NCBI GenBank assembly: GCA_051859245.1
Contig: JBHYGA010000001.1
Coordinates: 1,309,722 to 1,373,721, forward strand
Length of the DNA stretch: 64,000 nucleotides
Reading direction: 5' to 3'
DNA from: Gemmatimonadaceae bacterium
GTDB lineage: Bacteria > Gemmatimonadota > Gemmatimonadetes > Gemmatimonadales > Gemmatimonadaceae
The notes under the pieces were generated by a model. It was not told where the DNA came from. It worked only from the letters and a program-made list of their open reading frames with translations, and ran no database searches. The position numbers and the translations under genes are program-made. How positions within the stretch are numbered: the first letter of the stretch is position 1; every line of letters begins with the position of its first letter. Of the stretch, positions 48,492 to 58,140 are shown piece by piece.

Positions 48492-49994
48492 ATGCGCGCC
48501 ATTCGCACTCGCATCACCATGGCATTCGCCGGCGCGTTCATTGCGTCGTTGCTTGTCTTTGCGTTTGCGATTCTGCTGGCGCGACGTGATGCGGCGCTAC
48601 AGGAAATCGAAGAGCGGGCGCAGCGGGAAGCCGATCTGACGCTGTCGATTATCGAAGGCACGCGCACCAGTCTCTCTGACGATACCACGCGAGTCTCGGT
48701 CGACTCGCTGGTAGCTCCGGGCGTGGGCAAAACGCTGCGTGGATTCCTGAACATCATGGATGAGCACGTGATGATTCTCGACCAGCAGGAGTTCATCCTG
48801 TACCGGTCTCCACGCGTCATTGCCCTCGGTGCGGAAGATCTCAATCGTTTTGCCGAAGCTGCGCGCAAGATGCGCGACCCGGCAGAAACGGTGCGGGTAC
48901 GGCTCACGACCGAAGAGATCGTGGTCGCAATGCGTGAACTGCAAACGGAAGGCGCGACGCGTATCAGTCGCGTGTTCGTGGCTGTACCGTCTGCCCCGGC
49001 CGCGCTCGCGCCAAGACAATTGATCGGCACGATGCTCTTCTTCGGCCCACTGCTGATCATCGCGTCCGTCTGGTGGGCGTATGTCATCGCCGGCCGAGCC
49101 TTCAGACCACTCGATCGCATGGTGGATCAGGTCACCGCCATTACCGACGGTCGGTCCTTGCACCGGCGTCTCGCGATCGGTGCGGCCGGTGCGGAGCTCG
49201 CGCGTTTGGCTGTGACGCTCAACGAAATGATTGAGCGTCTGGAAACATCATTCTCGGCGCTGCGTCGGTTTACCGCTGACGCGAGTCATGAACTGAAAAC
49301 GCCGCTGGCCGTGCTGCGCGCTGATGTGGAACGCGCGATGTCTCCCAACACGCGCAAAGACGAACGTGCCGTCGCGCTCGAAGAAGCGCTGCAGCAAGTC
49401 ACGCGCATGGCGGAGCTGGTGAACTCGTTGCTCACGTTGGCGCGCGCCGATGAAGGCCGGCTCGAGATTGTGCAGGACTTGATCGAGGTCGATGAGCTCG
49501 CCCGCGAGGTGGTGGAAACAGCGCGTTTGCTCGGTGAAGAAGCGGGCGTGCAGATCGATACCGAAACGATTGAATCGGCGCTGGTGCGCGGCGATCTCGC
49601 ACGCCTGCGGCAGCTGTTTCTGAACCTGGTCACGAACGCGATCAAGTACACCTCGCGCGGCGGGCGTGTGACGTTGTCGCTCGTGCGCATGAATGACGAA
49701 GTGTGGTTCAGCGTGCGTGACACCGGCATCGGCATTGCAGCCGCGGACCTGCCGTATGTGTTTGATCGGTTCTGGCGCGCCGACCGGTCACGCTCGCGAG
49801 CGGCCGAACGCAGCGGTTATGGACTGGGGCTCGCCATTTCCCAGTGGATCGCGCACGCGCACGGCGGATCGCTCACCGTGCAGTCGAGGCTGGGGCGGGG
49901 CAGTACCTTTACCGCACAGCTTCCCATGGCGCACGCGGCGCCCGACGTGAACGAGGCGACGGTCGAGGCAGTCGCCAGTGATGAGGCGGCATAA
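48492..49994 (+). CDS. Membrane HAMP-domain sensor histidine kinase
   Basis: Two TM helices, HAMP, DASHELKTPL, NAIKY, DTGIGI, FDRFWRAD, GYGLGL. Confidence 0.93.
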   Translation: MRAIRTRITMAFAGAFIASLLVFAFAILLARRDAALQEIEERAQREADLTLSIIEGTRTSLSDDTTRVSVDSLVAPGVGKTLRGFLNIMDEHVMILDQQEFILYRSPRVIALGAEDLNRFAEAARKMRDPAETVRVRLTTEEIVVAMRELQTEGATRISRVFVAVPSAPAALAPRQLIGTMLFFGPLLIIASVWWAYVIAGRAFRPLDRMVDQVTAITDGRSLHRRLAIGAAGAELARLAVTLNEMIERLETSFSALRRFTADASHELKTPLAVLRADVERAMSPNTRKDERAVALEEALQQVTRMAELVNSLLTLARADEGRLEIVQDLIEVDELAREVVETARLLGEEAGVQIDTETIESALVRGDLARLRQLFLNLVTNAIKYTSRGGRVTLSLVRMNDEVWFSVRDTGIGIAAADLPYVFDRFWRADRSRSRAAERSGYGLGLAISQWIAHAHGGSLTVQSRLGRGSTFTAQLPMAHAAPDVNEATVEAVASDEAA

Positions 49995-50050
49995 CGCCAC
50001 CGACCGTGCTGAGGTTGGAATGATTCGTGACGCACAAGGCCACCAAGACG

Positions 50051-50077
50051 TAACCTTGGCTTAACCGAATCCTAATG
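50051..50077 (+). promoter_or_regulatory. Three 11-bp-spaced direct repeats upstream of tonB (candidate OmpR/PhoB box)
   Basis: TAACC at 50051, TAACC at 50062, TAATG at 50073. Confidence 0.5.
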
Positions 50078-50169
50078 CTCGCGACATTGCCGGATCATCT
50101 CCCCGACCTAACTTCTCGTCGTGTCGGTGGGACGGGCCCGCCGCGCATTCCCTCTCGTGGATCGAAGCG

Positions 50170-50883
50170 ATGTTCAATAACCTGCTCGAGTCCGAGGCCA
50201 AGAAAACCAAGCGTTCTGGGAGTACGATCGTCTCCTTCGCTATCCACTTCGGTGCGGTCGCGGCCATGGTCGTTGCCACGGCCAATGCCGGCCAGCAGAT
50301 GATGGAAGAGAAGACGGAGAAGGTCGAGTTCGTCGAAGTCAAAAAAGACGAGCCACCCCCAGAGCCGGAAAAGGCCCCGCCGCCACCAGACGTTGTGGCG
50401 GCTCCTCCCATTGCCAAGGGTTTCCAGGTGCTTCAGGCACCTGACATCATCCCGCTGGAGATTCCCGATATCGATCTGTCACGTGCCGTGACCGACGAAG
50501 CGGACTTCTCCGGTAAGGGTGTGGCCGGTGGTATTGCGAAGGGTGTGGAAGGTGGTGTGGCCCAGGTACCACAGGGCGATACGCCCTACTTCGAGTTCCA
50601 GGTTGAGAAGCCGGCCGCAATGGCCGCCGGCAGCAACCAGATGGTGTACCCGGAAATGCTGCGCTCGGCGCAGGTTGAGGGCACCGTGCTCGCCTCGTTT
50701 GTTGTGGACACGGCTGGCAAGGCCGACATGAGCACGTTCAAAGTGCTCAAGTCTGACCACGAGCTGTTCACGAACGCCGTAAAGAATGCGCTTCCGCGTA
50801 TTCGCTACCTGCCGGCCGAAGTTGGCGGCCGCAAGGTGAAGCAGCTTGTCCAGCAGCCCTTTGTATTCAGCTTGGCCCGCTGA
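50170..50883 (+). CDS. tonB: Energy transducer TonB
   Basis: TM with SxxxH (SFAIH), Pro-rich linker, YPEMLRSAQVEGTV...FVV C-terminal domain. Confidence 0.9.
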   Translation: MFNNLLESEAKKTKRSGSTIVSFAIHFGAVAAMVVATANAGQQMMEEKTEKVEFVEVKKDEPPPEPEKAPPPPDVVAAPPIAKGFQVLQAPDIIPLEIPDIDLSRAVTDEADFSGKGVAGGIAKGVEGGVAQVPQGDTPYFEFQVEKPAAMAAGSNQMVYPEMLRSAQVEGTVLASFVVDTAGKADMSTFKVLKSDHELFTNAVKNALPRIRYLPAEVGGRKVKQLVQQPFVFSLAR

Positions 50884-50923
50884 TCGCGGCCACACACTTT
50901 CTATCCATTCGGAGATCTGACTT

Positions 50924-51655
50924 ATGAATATGGACCTGATGTCGCTGTGGCACGAAATGGGCTGGTTTGCAAAGGGCGTTGTGTACATGCTCTTCATCAT
51001 GTCGGCCTACGCCACCACCATCCTGATCCAGAAGTGGTGGGCCATGCGCAAGGCGCAGGCGGAAACCAAGAAGTTCGCGCCTGAGTTCTCGCAGTTCCTC
51101 GAAGAAGACAACCTCACGGAAGCGATCAACCTCGCCGAGTCGTACAAGAAGTCGCACGTTGCGCGTGTGCTCGGTGGTGCGCTCTCCGAAGTGCGTCCGC
51201 TCATTCAGGATGGTTCAGTCACCGTCGCCGACATCAACTCGGCCGAGCGCGCGATTGAGCGTGAAATGCTGATGACGGTTGTTGAACTCAAGCGTGGTCT
51301 GGGCGTGCTCGCGACGGTTGGTGCCACGGCGCCGTTCGTCGGTCTCGTAGGAACCACGATGGGTATCGTGAACTCCTTCACGGCCATGGCGTCGTCGGGC
51401 TCAGGCGGTATCAGCTCGATCGCCGGCGGTGTTGCCGAAGCGCTTATCACCACGGCTATCGGAATCGGCGTCGCCATTCCGGCCGTGTGGTCCTACAACT
51501 ACTTCCAGACCAAGATCGACAACCTTACGGCGGAAATGACGTACACGTCGAAGGAAATGGTCGACTACTTGATCAAGGGCGTGTCGGGCGAGTTCGGCCG
51601 TTCGCGTTTCACCCGCGAGTTCAACACCGCGGGTCAGACCCCGATGTCCAAGTAA
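50924..51655 (+). CDS. exbB: MotA/TolQ/ExbB proton channel
   Basis: LATVGATAPFVGLVGT, GVAEALITTAIG, VAIPAV. Confidence 0.92.
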   Translation: MNMDLMSLWHEMGWFAKGVVYMLFIMSAYATTILIQKWWAMRKAQAETKKFAPEFSQFLEEDNLTEAINLAESYKKSHVARVLGGALSEVRPLIQDGSVTVADINSAERAIEREMLMTVVELKRGLGVLATVGATAPFVGLVGTTMGIVNSFTAMASSGSGGISSIAGGVAEALITTAIGIGVAIPAVWSYNYFQTKIDNLTAEMTYTSKEMVDYLIKGVSGEFGRSRFTREFNTAGQTPMSK

Positions 51656-51735
51656 TCCTGCCCATACCCCAACCGGCGGTGTAGCGTGGTCCCCGTGACC
51701 ACTCACTACACCGCCACGCGATCTGGAGAACTACA

Positions 51736-52203
51736 ATGGGTATGAGTCTCAGTTCGGGAGCGGTGAACTCCAATCCGAACGTCACGCCAATGATCGACGT
51801 GATGCTCGTGTTGCTGATCATCTTCATGATCACCATCCCGCAGCTTAACGCTGGCTTTACGGCCACGCCTCCACAGGGGCAGAACCTCAAGCCGCGTCCG
51901 GAAGAAGACAGCGACCAGGTGCTCGGTATCGACGCACAGGGTCAGTACTGGTTCAACAAAGCGCTCATCAAGAACGAAGATCTTGAGCAGATGACGCGCA
52001 ATGTTTTCACCGAAGATCGTGAAGACAAGATTCTCTATGTGAAGGCGCACAAGGACCTGTCGTATGACAAGGTGCTCAAGGCGCTGGACATCGTGGCCAT
52101 GGGTGGCGTCGCCGTCGCGGCTCTGATCACCGATCAGACACCGGGTACGGAATCGCTGGTCGAAGCCGACCGCCTCTTCCAGAAGTCACAGGGAGGCAAC
52201 TAG
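51736..52203 (+). CDS. exbD: ExbD/TolR protein (copy 1)
   Basis: NVTPMIDVMLVLLIIFM with the conserved Asp; GGAG SD. Confidence 0.92.
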   Translation: MGMSLSSGAVNSNPNVTPMIDVMLVLLIIFMITIPQLNAGFTATPPQGQNLKPRPEEDSDQVLGIDAQGQYWFNKALIKNEDLEQMTRNVFTEDREDKILYVKAHKDLSYDKVLKALDIVAMGGVAVAALITDQTPGTESLVEADRLFQKSQGGN

Positions 52204-52205
52204 CC

Positions 52206-52640
52206 ATGGGAATGAGCGCAGAAGGCGGCCAGGGCGGCGGCCACTCGAATGAGATCAACGTCACGCCCATGATCGACGTGTTGCTCGTGCTGCTGATCAT
52301 CTTCATGATGATCATCCCAATGAGCCGCAAAGCGATCGACGCCACGTTGCCCGATCCGAATCCGTCCGTGCAAACGGCCAATAGCGCGAACGATCAGATT
52401 GTATTGAGCGTTCTTGCCGACGGGAAGTTCAAGATCAATCAGGATCCGTACACGCGCGAAACACTTTTTGCAGGTTTGCGGTCGGTGTACGATCCGCGTC
52501 CTGACAAGATCATCTTCGTGAAGGGTGACTCCACGGTCACGTACGGAGACGTGGTGTTTGCGATGGACCAGGCGCGCGGTGCCGGCGTCAAGGTTATCGG
52601 CATCACGCCGGGACCCAAAGACGGCGCAGCAGCTCCCTGA
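52206..52640 (+). CDS. exbD: ExbD/TolR protein (copy 2)
   Basis: EINVTPMIDVLLVLLIIFM, KGDSTVTYG, AGVKVIG. Confidence 0.92.
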   Translation: MGMSAEGGQGGGHSNEINVTPMIDVLLVLLIIFMMIIPMSRKAIDATLPDPNPSVQTANSANDQIVLSVLADGKFKINQDPYTRETLFAGLRSVYDPRPDKIIFVKGDSTVTYGDVVFAMDQARGAGVKVIGITPGPKDGAAAP

Positions 52641-52770
52641 TACGTTCCCTGTGACGGCTCTCACGGCCATCACCGGTGTACCACGGCGGACGAACCCTAC
52701 GGGCGCGTCCGCCGTAGTACGTTCAGCGACTTTGCAGTGAGCGTTCGTTTCTCACCACTCACCGGTTCTC

Positions 52771-53661
52771 ATGTCAGCAGTTCCTCCGTCCTTCGATCCG
52801 ACTCGGCCGCACGCAGGCGACACGCCCGCGTCGGAGCGTGATCGACGCCGGTATCGCCCGCCCATCGGAATTCCGATCGCCAAGCAGCGCACGCTTGGTG
52901 GTGCCATTGTTTCAGTCTTGCTCCACGTGCTCGTGGTGCTCCTGCTGATCACTCCATTCCTCGGCCCAGACATCGTGGCTGAGATGATGGGTGCAGGCGG
53001 CCCAGGCCCGGCCGGCGGCGGTGGTGGTGGCCGTGGCGGCACGGGTGGTGGTCGCGTGGCCGTTGAGCGTGTGCAGTACGTGGTACCGCCGCCGCCACCC
53101 AAGGTGGAAACGGATCGCATTCAGCCACCGGAAGTCGTCAAGCCGCCCGAGGTGAAGCCGCCGGAAGTCAAGCCGCCGGAGGTCGTGCCACCGCCGGTTG
53201 AACCGGTTCCGGCGCCGTCTGTTCAGGCGTCCGATGTCAAGCTGCCGGATGCTTCCGACGCCTCCAAAACCGCCGGTACTGGTGGCGGGGCTGGCAATGA
53301 CGGCAGCACTGGCTCTGGACCGGGCTCCGGTGGCGGAATTGGCTCCGGCATCGGCACCGGTCGCGGAAGCGGTGTGGGCGCCGGAACCGGTGGCGGTAGT
53401 GGCCGAATATTTCCGCCTACGCCGAGCGAGCTGTTCATTCCGCCCATCCCGGTGCCGAAGAACGTGAAGGGCAAGACCATCACGATTGTCTTCGACGTCG
53501 ACTCCACCGGCCGCGTGATCGATTTTGAACTCACGCCCACGCGCGACGCGAACTACAATCGCAAGCTGCGCGAAATCCTCGGCGCGACACGATTCCGCCC
53601 CGCCACCGATGGCACAGGTCGGCCGGTGCGCGCCAAGTACAATCTCGACTACACCTTCTAG
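52771..53661 (+). CDS. TonB/TolA-like protein with Gly-rich and VKPPE-repeat linker
   Basis: TM SVLLH motif, Pro- and Gly-rich linker, C-terminal VFDVDSTGRV...RFRPA...GRPV fold. Confidence 0.7.
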   Translation: MSAVPPSFDPTRPHAGDTPASERDRRRYRPPIGIPIAKQRTLGGAIVSVLLHVLVVLLLITPFLGPDIVAEMMGAGGPGPAGGGGGGRGGTGGGRVAVERVQYVVPPPPPKVETDRIQPPEVVKPPEVKPPEVKPPEVVPPPVEPVPAPSVQASDVKLPDASDASKTAGTGGGAGNDGSTGSGPGSGGGIGSGIGTGRGSGVGAGTGGGSGRIFPPTPSELFIPPIPVPKNVKGKTITIVFDVDSTGRVIDFELTPTRDANYNRKLREILGATRFRPATDGTGRPVRAKYNLDYTF

Positions 53662-53694
53662 CGCGCTGTTACTCGCACGCCTCGGCGGCGAGAC

Positions 53695-54645
53695 TTACGC
53701 TTCGACGCCCATCAGCCGGCGTGCCCGACGCACGGCGCCACGCGCTGCGTCCACCTCATCGCCACGCACCACCGCACCCGGTACGGCCGTCTTGAGACGC
53801 TGTTCCACGCGCTTCCGCATGAGCGAGCCTTTGCCCAGCATGCCACCGGCACAGGCCACCGGAACCGCCGCCCGTTCATCGTTGAAGCAGCGGCGCGCGA
53901 GTGTCCGCACGTGGAGCACGAGCTCTTCCACGCCCAGGCTGAGCAGCGCGTTGGCTCGCAAATCACCTTGTGCCGCAACCTGAACAACCACCGGCGCCAA
54001 CGCCGCAAAGTCGGCCGGTGTGGCATCGGCCGCCCACGGAATCAGCGCGTCGAGTGATTCCACCTCGAGCGCGGTGAGCATCGCACCAACAAGCGCGGTC
54101 TCCGGCTCACGGCCATCGTGCGAGGCGGTGATCACGCTCATGGCACGTCGACCAATCCAGGCCCCGCTGCCTTCGTCTCCGAGCATGGGGCCCCAGCCGC
54201 CGCAGCGCTCGAGTCGGCCGTCTGGCGCGCGCGCGAACGCTACGGATCCCGTGCCCGACACCAGCAACACGCCGGCCGAATCGCCAAACGCATCATCAAG
54301 CGCGATTTCGGCGTCGGATACCACGTTCACGTCGTCAGCAAGGCGCATGGACGCCAGAGCCTGCCAGAGGGCCTGAGCGGCCCGCTCCTGACCGCCACCG
54401 GCCACGCCAACCACGCAGGTGGACGGACGGGTATCGGCTCGGTCAATGCTGGCCAGGGCGTCGTGTACGAGCGCGGCGATGATGTCGGCGGAGTTCCGTT
54501 CCTCGCCCGGGAGCAGGGCCGTGGCGGCGCCTTCTACGCGCGCCAGCGGACGACCGTCAAGATCCGCGAGCAGCACCCGCGTACGCGTTCCGCCGCCGTC
54601 TACGCCGACGATGAGGGGAGTTGGATCGAGAGGACCGGCACTCAT
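53695..54645 (-). CDS. BadF/BadG/BcrA/BcrD-type N-acetylglucosamine/N-acetylmuramic acid kinase
   Basis: GVDGGGTRT, VSGTGS, GGWGPMLGDEGSG; AGGAG SD. Confidence 0.85.
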   Translation of the reverse strand: MSAGPLDPTPLIVGVDGGGTRTRVLLADLDGRPLARVEGAATALLPGEERNSADIIAALVHDALASIDRADTRPSTCVVGVAGGGQERAAQALWQALASMRLADDVNVVSDAEIALDDAFGDSAGVLLVSGTGSVAFARAPDGRLERCGGWGPMLGDEGSGAWIGRRAMSVITASHDGREPETALVGAMLTALEVESLDALIPWAADATPADFAALAPVVVQVAAQGDLRANALLSLGVEELVLHVRTLARRCFNDERAAVPVACAGGMLGKGSLMRKRVEQRLKTAVPGAVVRGDEVDAARGAVRRARRLMGVEA

Positions 54646-54656
54646 GGGGAAGACTC

Positions 54657-56177
54657 CTAAGCAGAGGCATCGCCAGACACCGCCGGCGAGAATCGGGACG
54701 ACAACAGACCAGTGGCAAACGTAAGCGTTGTGCCAATGAGTACGAACCACGGCCAGGCGATTCCCCGCACCGGCTCGAGCGTCGGTGCGATGGACGGGAA
54801 CCAGTTGCTGAGCGGCGTCGCAAAGACCACCACGCTCATGATGCTGATGCCAACGGACATGCCGAGAATCGCGTCGCGTTGACGGGCACGCTGCACGCGC
54901 ATGCCAAGGAAAAACGCGCCGAGCAATCCGCCGTAGGTAAACGAGGCGATCGACAAGGCGATCGTCACCACCGGTGTGCCTTCATTGCGATAGAGCAGGG
55001 CTCCGCCAACAAGCACCGCCGCCCAGAACAGCGTGAAGCGTTTACTCGTGAGCAACAACGCTGCATCATCGGGTTTGCGCTTGGTGAGCGGCAGGTACAG
55101 ATCGTGTACCGACGCCGCGGCGAGCGAGTTGATCGAACTTGAAATGGTGCTCATGGCCGCGGCAAGCACGGCCGCAATGACCACGCCGGTGAGACCAGGC
55201 GGCATGGCTTCAACAATGAAACGCGGAAAGATCGCGTCGGGTCGGGGAAACGTTTCGCCCTTGTAAAACGCGAACAGACCAACGCCAATAATGAGGAACA
55301 TCGCGAACTGCGCAAATACCACGAAGCCACTACCGATCAACGCACGCTGTGCCAGTTTGAGATTGCCCGACGCAAACAACCGCTGCACCATCATCTGGTC
55401 CACACCGTGTGAGGCCATCGACAAAAATGCGCCACCAATAAGTCCGGCCCAGAGCGTGTGCGGACGATCAAAGCCGGTGTACAGGTCGAACATCTTCAGC
55501 TGGTCACGTGCCGACGCGTCGGAGAGAATCTGCGTCCATCCGCCGACCACGTCGTTGCCAACAATCATGAGTGCGGCGATTCCGCCGCCCATGTACACAC
55601 CGATCTGCAGCACGTCCGTCCAGATCACGGCCTTCATGCCGCCGTGGTACGTGTAGACCACGGTGCACGCGCCGAGAATCAGAATGGATGCCGGTCCGAC
55701 ATACTGCGCGGGCACGAGCGGACCAATCAGCAACGCCACGGGAATGGCCGTGGCAAACAGGCGCACCGAATCACCGAAGATACGTGTGACCATGAACGTG
55801 ATCGATGCAAACCGACGTGTGCTTGAACCGAATCGCTTTTCGAGTAGCGCGTACGCCGTGACCAGTTCGCCTTCGTAGTATTTGGGCAGCAACACGAACG
55901 CCACGATCACGCGTCCGACCATGTAACCCATCGCAACCTGCAGGAACCCGAGGTTGCCGATGTACGCGAGGCCGGGAATGGAAATGAAGGTCAGTGCGCT
56001 TGTTTCTGTGGCGACCACTGAAAAGAGCACGGCCCACCACGGAACGGAGTCGTTGGCCACAAAGTACGATCGCGCACTCTGCTCACCGCGGCCGAGCCAG
56101 ACACCAAGCCACGTGGTGCCGGCGAGGTACAGAACAACAATGATTCCGTCGAGCAGCGTAAAGCCAGAAGCGCTCAT
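54657..56177 (-). CDS. Sodium:solute symporter (SSS)
   Basis: SVVATETSALTFISIPG, GGMKAVIWTD, DQMMVQR, AAAMSTISSSINS; many TM helices. Confidence 0.93.
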   Translation of the reverse strand: MSASGFTLLDGIIVVLYLAGTTWLGVWLGRGEQSARSYFVANDSVPWWAVLFSVVATETSALTFISIPGLAYIGNLGFLQVAMGYMVGRVIVAFVLLPKYYEGELVTAYALLEKRFGSSTRRFASITFMVTRIFGDSVRLFATAIPVALLIGPLVPAQYVGPASILILGACTVVYTYHGGMKAVIWTDVLQIGVYMGGGIAALMIVGNDVVGGWTQILSDASARDQLKMFDLYTGFDRPHTLWAGLIGGAFLSMASHGVDQMMVQRLFASGNLKLAQRALIGSGFVVFAQFAMFLIIGVGLFAFYKGETFPRPDAIFPRFIVEAMPPGLTGVVIAAVLAAAMSTISSSINSLAAASVHDLYLPLTKRKPDDAALLLTSKRFTLFWAAVLVGGALLYRNEGTPVVTIALSIASFTYGGLLGAFFLGMRVQRARQRDAILGMSVGISIMSVVVFATPLSNWFPSIAPTLEPVRGIAWPWFVLIGTTLTFATGLLSSRFSPAVSGDASA

Positions 56178-56306
56178 GTGGCGTGCATGGTAGGTGCCGG
56201 GGAGGCGCGCACGCGTGAGCAGGCGCGAGTGGCAGGTGGGCTGTTTACGACGGACGGCTCCGTCGCCATCGGAGGAGAATAGCGCACGGTCACCGCGAAG
56301 AGCAGA

Positions 56307-56341
56307 GAAGGCCCGCGATCCAGTGCGGATCGCGGGCCTTC
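56307..56341 (-). terminator. Intrinsic terminator after iscA
   Basis: Perfect 15-bp stem GAAGGCCCGCGATCC/GGATCGCGGGCCTTC. Confidence 0.75.
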
Positions 56342-56384
56342 ATCATGTTTCCCGCGCGGGCGCCTGATCGGCGCCCAGTTGATT

Positions 56385-56741
56385 TTACGCCGAGAACGAA
56401 CTGCCGCAGCCGCAGCCGCCGGTGGAGTTCGGGTTCTTGAACGTGAAGCCGGAACCCTGCATGGACGTGACGTAGTCAATCGTGGTGCCCCCCAGATACT
56501 GCGCCGAGAAGGGATCCACAAACACCTTGAACGAGCCGTGATCCAGCACGAGATCGTCTTCCGCGCCCTTGTCTTCGATCACAAGGCCGTATTTGAAGCC
56601 GCTGCACCCGCCGGGCATCACCGACACGCGAAGTCCACCGAGATCGGCGGTAACGCCTTCGGCTTCCATGAACTTCTGCACCTCGGTCACAGCCGCATCG
56701 GTAATCGTGACTAACAGGTCGGGCTGCTGCATCGTGCTCAT
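56385..56741 (-). CDS. iscA: A-type Fe-S carrier (IscA/ErpA/HesB)
   Basis: GGCSGFKY and CGCGSSF. Confidence 0.92.
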   Translation of the reverse strand: MSTMQQPDLLVTITDAAVTEVQKFMEAEGVTADLGGLRVSVMPGGCSGFKYGLVIEDKGAEDDLVLDHGSFKVFVDPFSAQYLGGTTIDYVTSMQGSGFTFKNPNSTGGCGCGSSFSA

Positions 56742-56860
56742 CTGCTCTCTCCGAGACCGGCCCAGGGGGCCCGTGCATGGGTTGCTTCACCGTGGTCGCG
56801 CATCGCCGCGCGGCCGGGTCAAATACCTACCTATCTGAATACTAATCAATCCCTACTGCT

Positions 56861-58138
56861 CTACTCAAGATTCCCCTTGCTCGTTCCAACCGGCACCGCG
56901 GTAACGGCGATCGCGCCGACCACCGCATCAGCGAGCGCTGTTCGCACCCGGGCGATGCCCTGACGCTGCCGGGTGGGGTTCACGCGGTTCGTCAGCAGTA
57001 ACACGAACAAGTCCTGCGCCGGGTCAATCCAGAGCGATGTGCCAGTGAATCCGGTGTGACCAAACGCCGCGGTACTAAGGCGCGATCCGGCCGAGTTGCT
57101 GCCATTCGGGGTTTCCCAACCAAGCGCGCGATGCGAACCGGCCAAGGTTTGGCGTGCGGTGAACGCACGAAGCGTGGCCGCGTCGATGACGGCTGAGCTG
57201 TCGGCCACGGCGTTGCCATTGCCGCCGTTCGAGCTCGCGGCGGGAATCGACCAACCGCTGCGCAACAGTGTTTGCGCAAAGCGCGTCAGATCACGCGCCG
57301 TTGAAAACAAGCCGGCGTGGCCCGACACGGCACCAAGCTGAAACGCGTTCTCGTCGTGTACTTCGCCGCGCAAATGGCGCTGCCGCCACGGATCAACTTC
57401 CGTTGGCGCGGTGCGTGATTGCCATAGCGCAGACGGAAGAAATCGCGTTTCGCGCATGCCCATGGGAAGAAACACGCGATTCATGACATAACTGTCGAGC
57501 GGAAGGCCCGACACTTCGCGCACCATTTCCCCGAGCAGAATGAACCCGAGGTCGCTGTACACATACCGGGCGCCGGGTGTGGTGTCGGGACTCGTAGCAT
57601 ACACCTGCGCCATCGCCTCCTCGGCGCTCCACGCTTCTTTGTACAGCGGACGCCACGCCGGTAATCCAGCGCTGTGTGTGAGCAAGTGTCGCACCGTGAT
57701 GGATTCGGTGCGCGGCGCTTTCCAACGCGGCAAGTAGCGCGACGCCGGCGCATCGAGCTCAACACGCTTGTCCGCCACCAACTGCATGATCGATGATGTT
57801 GTACCAATCACTTTCGTGAGCGACGCGAGATCCCACACACTTGAATCGGTGACCGCACTGGCGGCATTGGGCAGCGGCGCGGAATCAAGCGACCCCACAC
57901 CAAACGATGCGTATACACCGCGTGCGTTGCCGATTACCGCGTAGGCCGCAGGAAACGCCGAATCGGCCAGCCCGCGCGTGAGCACGGCGCGCACTGAATC
58001 GCGGATCGCCTGTTGTCGCCATTCAGCGAGCATGGCGTGGCGCGACGGGTCGTTTGCTGAACGCGTCGTTCCGGTTCGGCATGCGCCAAGCACCGCCAGG
58101 GAGAGCAGTGCACACGCGCTCAGTCGTTGCGGCACCAT
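56861..58138 (-). CDS. Beta-lactamase-fold serine hydrolase lipoprotein (AmiE/NamA-like)
   Basis: LGAC lipobox; DLASLTK (SxxK), LLTHSAG, YSDLG, GEVHDENA, GHAGLFS, GHTGFTGT, LLTNRV. Confidence 0.85.
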   Translation of the reverse strand: MVPQRLSACALLSLAVLGACRTGTTRSANDPSRHAMLAEWRQQAIRDSVRAVLTRGLADSAFPAAYAVIGNARGVYASFGVGSLDSAPLPNAASAVTDSSVWDLASLTKVIGTTSSIMQLVADKRVELDAPASRYLPRWKAPRTESITVRHLLTHSAGLPAWRPLYKEAWSAEEAMAQVYATSPDTTPGARYVYSDLGFILLGEMVREVSGLPLDSYVMNRVFLPMGMRETRFLPSALWQSRTAPTEVDPWRQRHLRGEVHDENAFQLGAVSGHAGLFSTARDLTRFAQTLLRSGWSIPAASSNGGNGNAVADSSAVIDAATLRAFTARQTLAGSHRALGWETPNGSNSAGSRLSTAAFGHTGFTGTSLWIDPAQDLFVLLLTNRVNPTRQRQGIARVRTALADAVVGAIAVTAVPVGTSKGNLE

Positions 58139-58140
58139 GC

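Noticed and set aside
53125..53400. PPEVK and Gly-rich repeats as a CRISPR or DNA-level repeat element
   Set aside because: In-frame low-complexity linker of a TonB-like protein; no spacers and no cas genes.
56861..58138. Antibiotic-resistance beta-lactamase
   Set aside because: The GEVHDENA/GHAGLF motifs and coupling to nagZ fit the AmiE-like hydrolase subgroup better.
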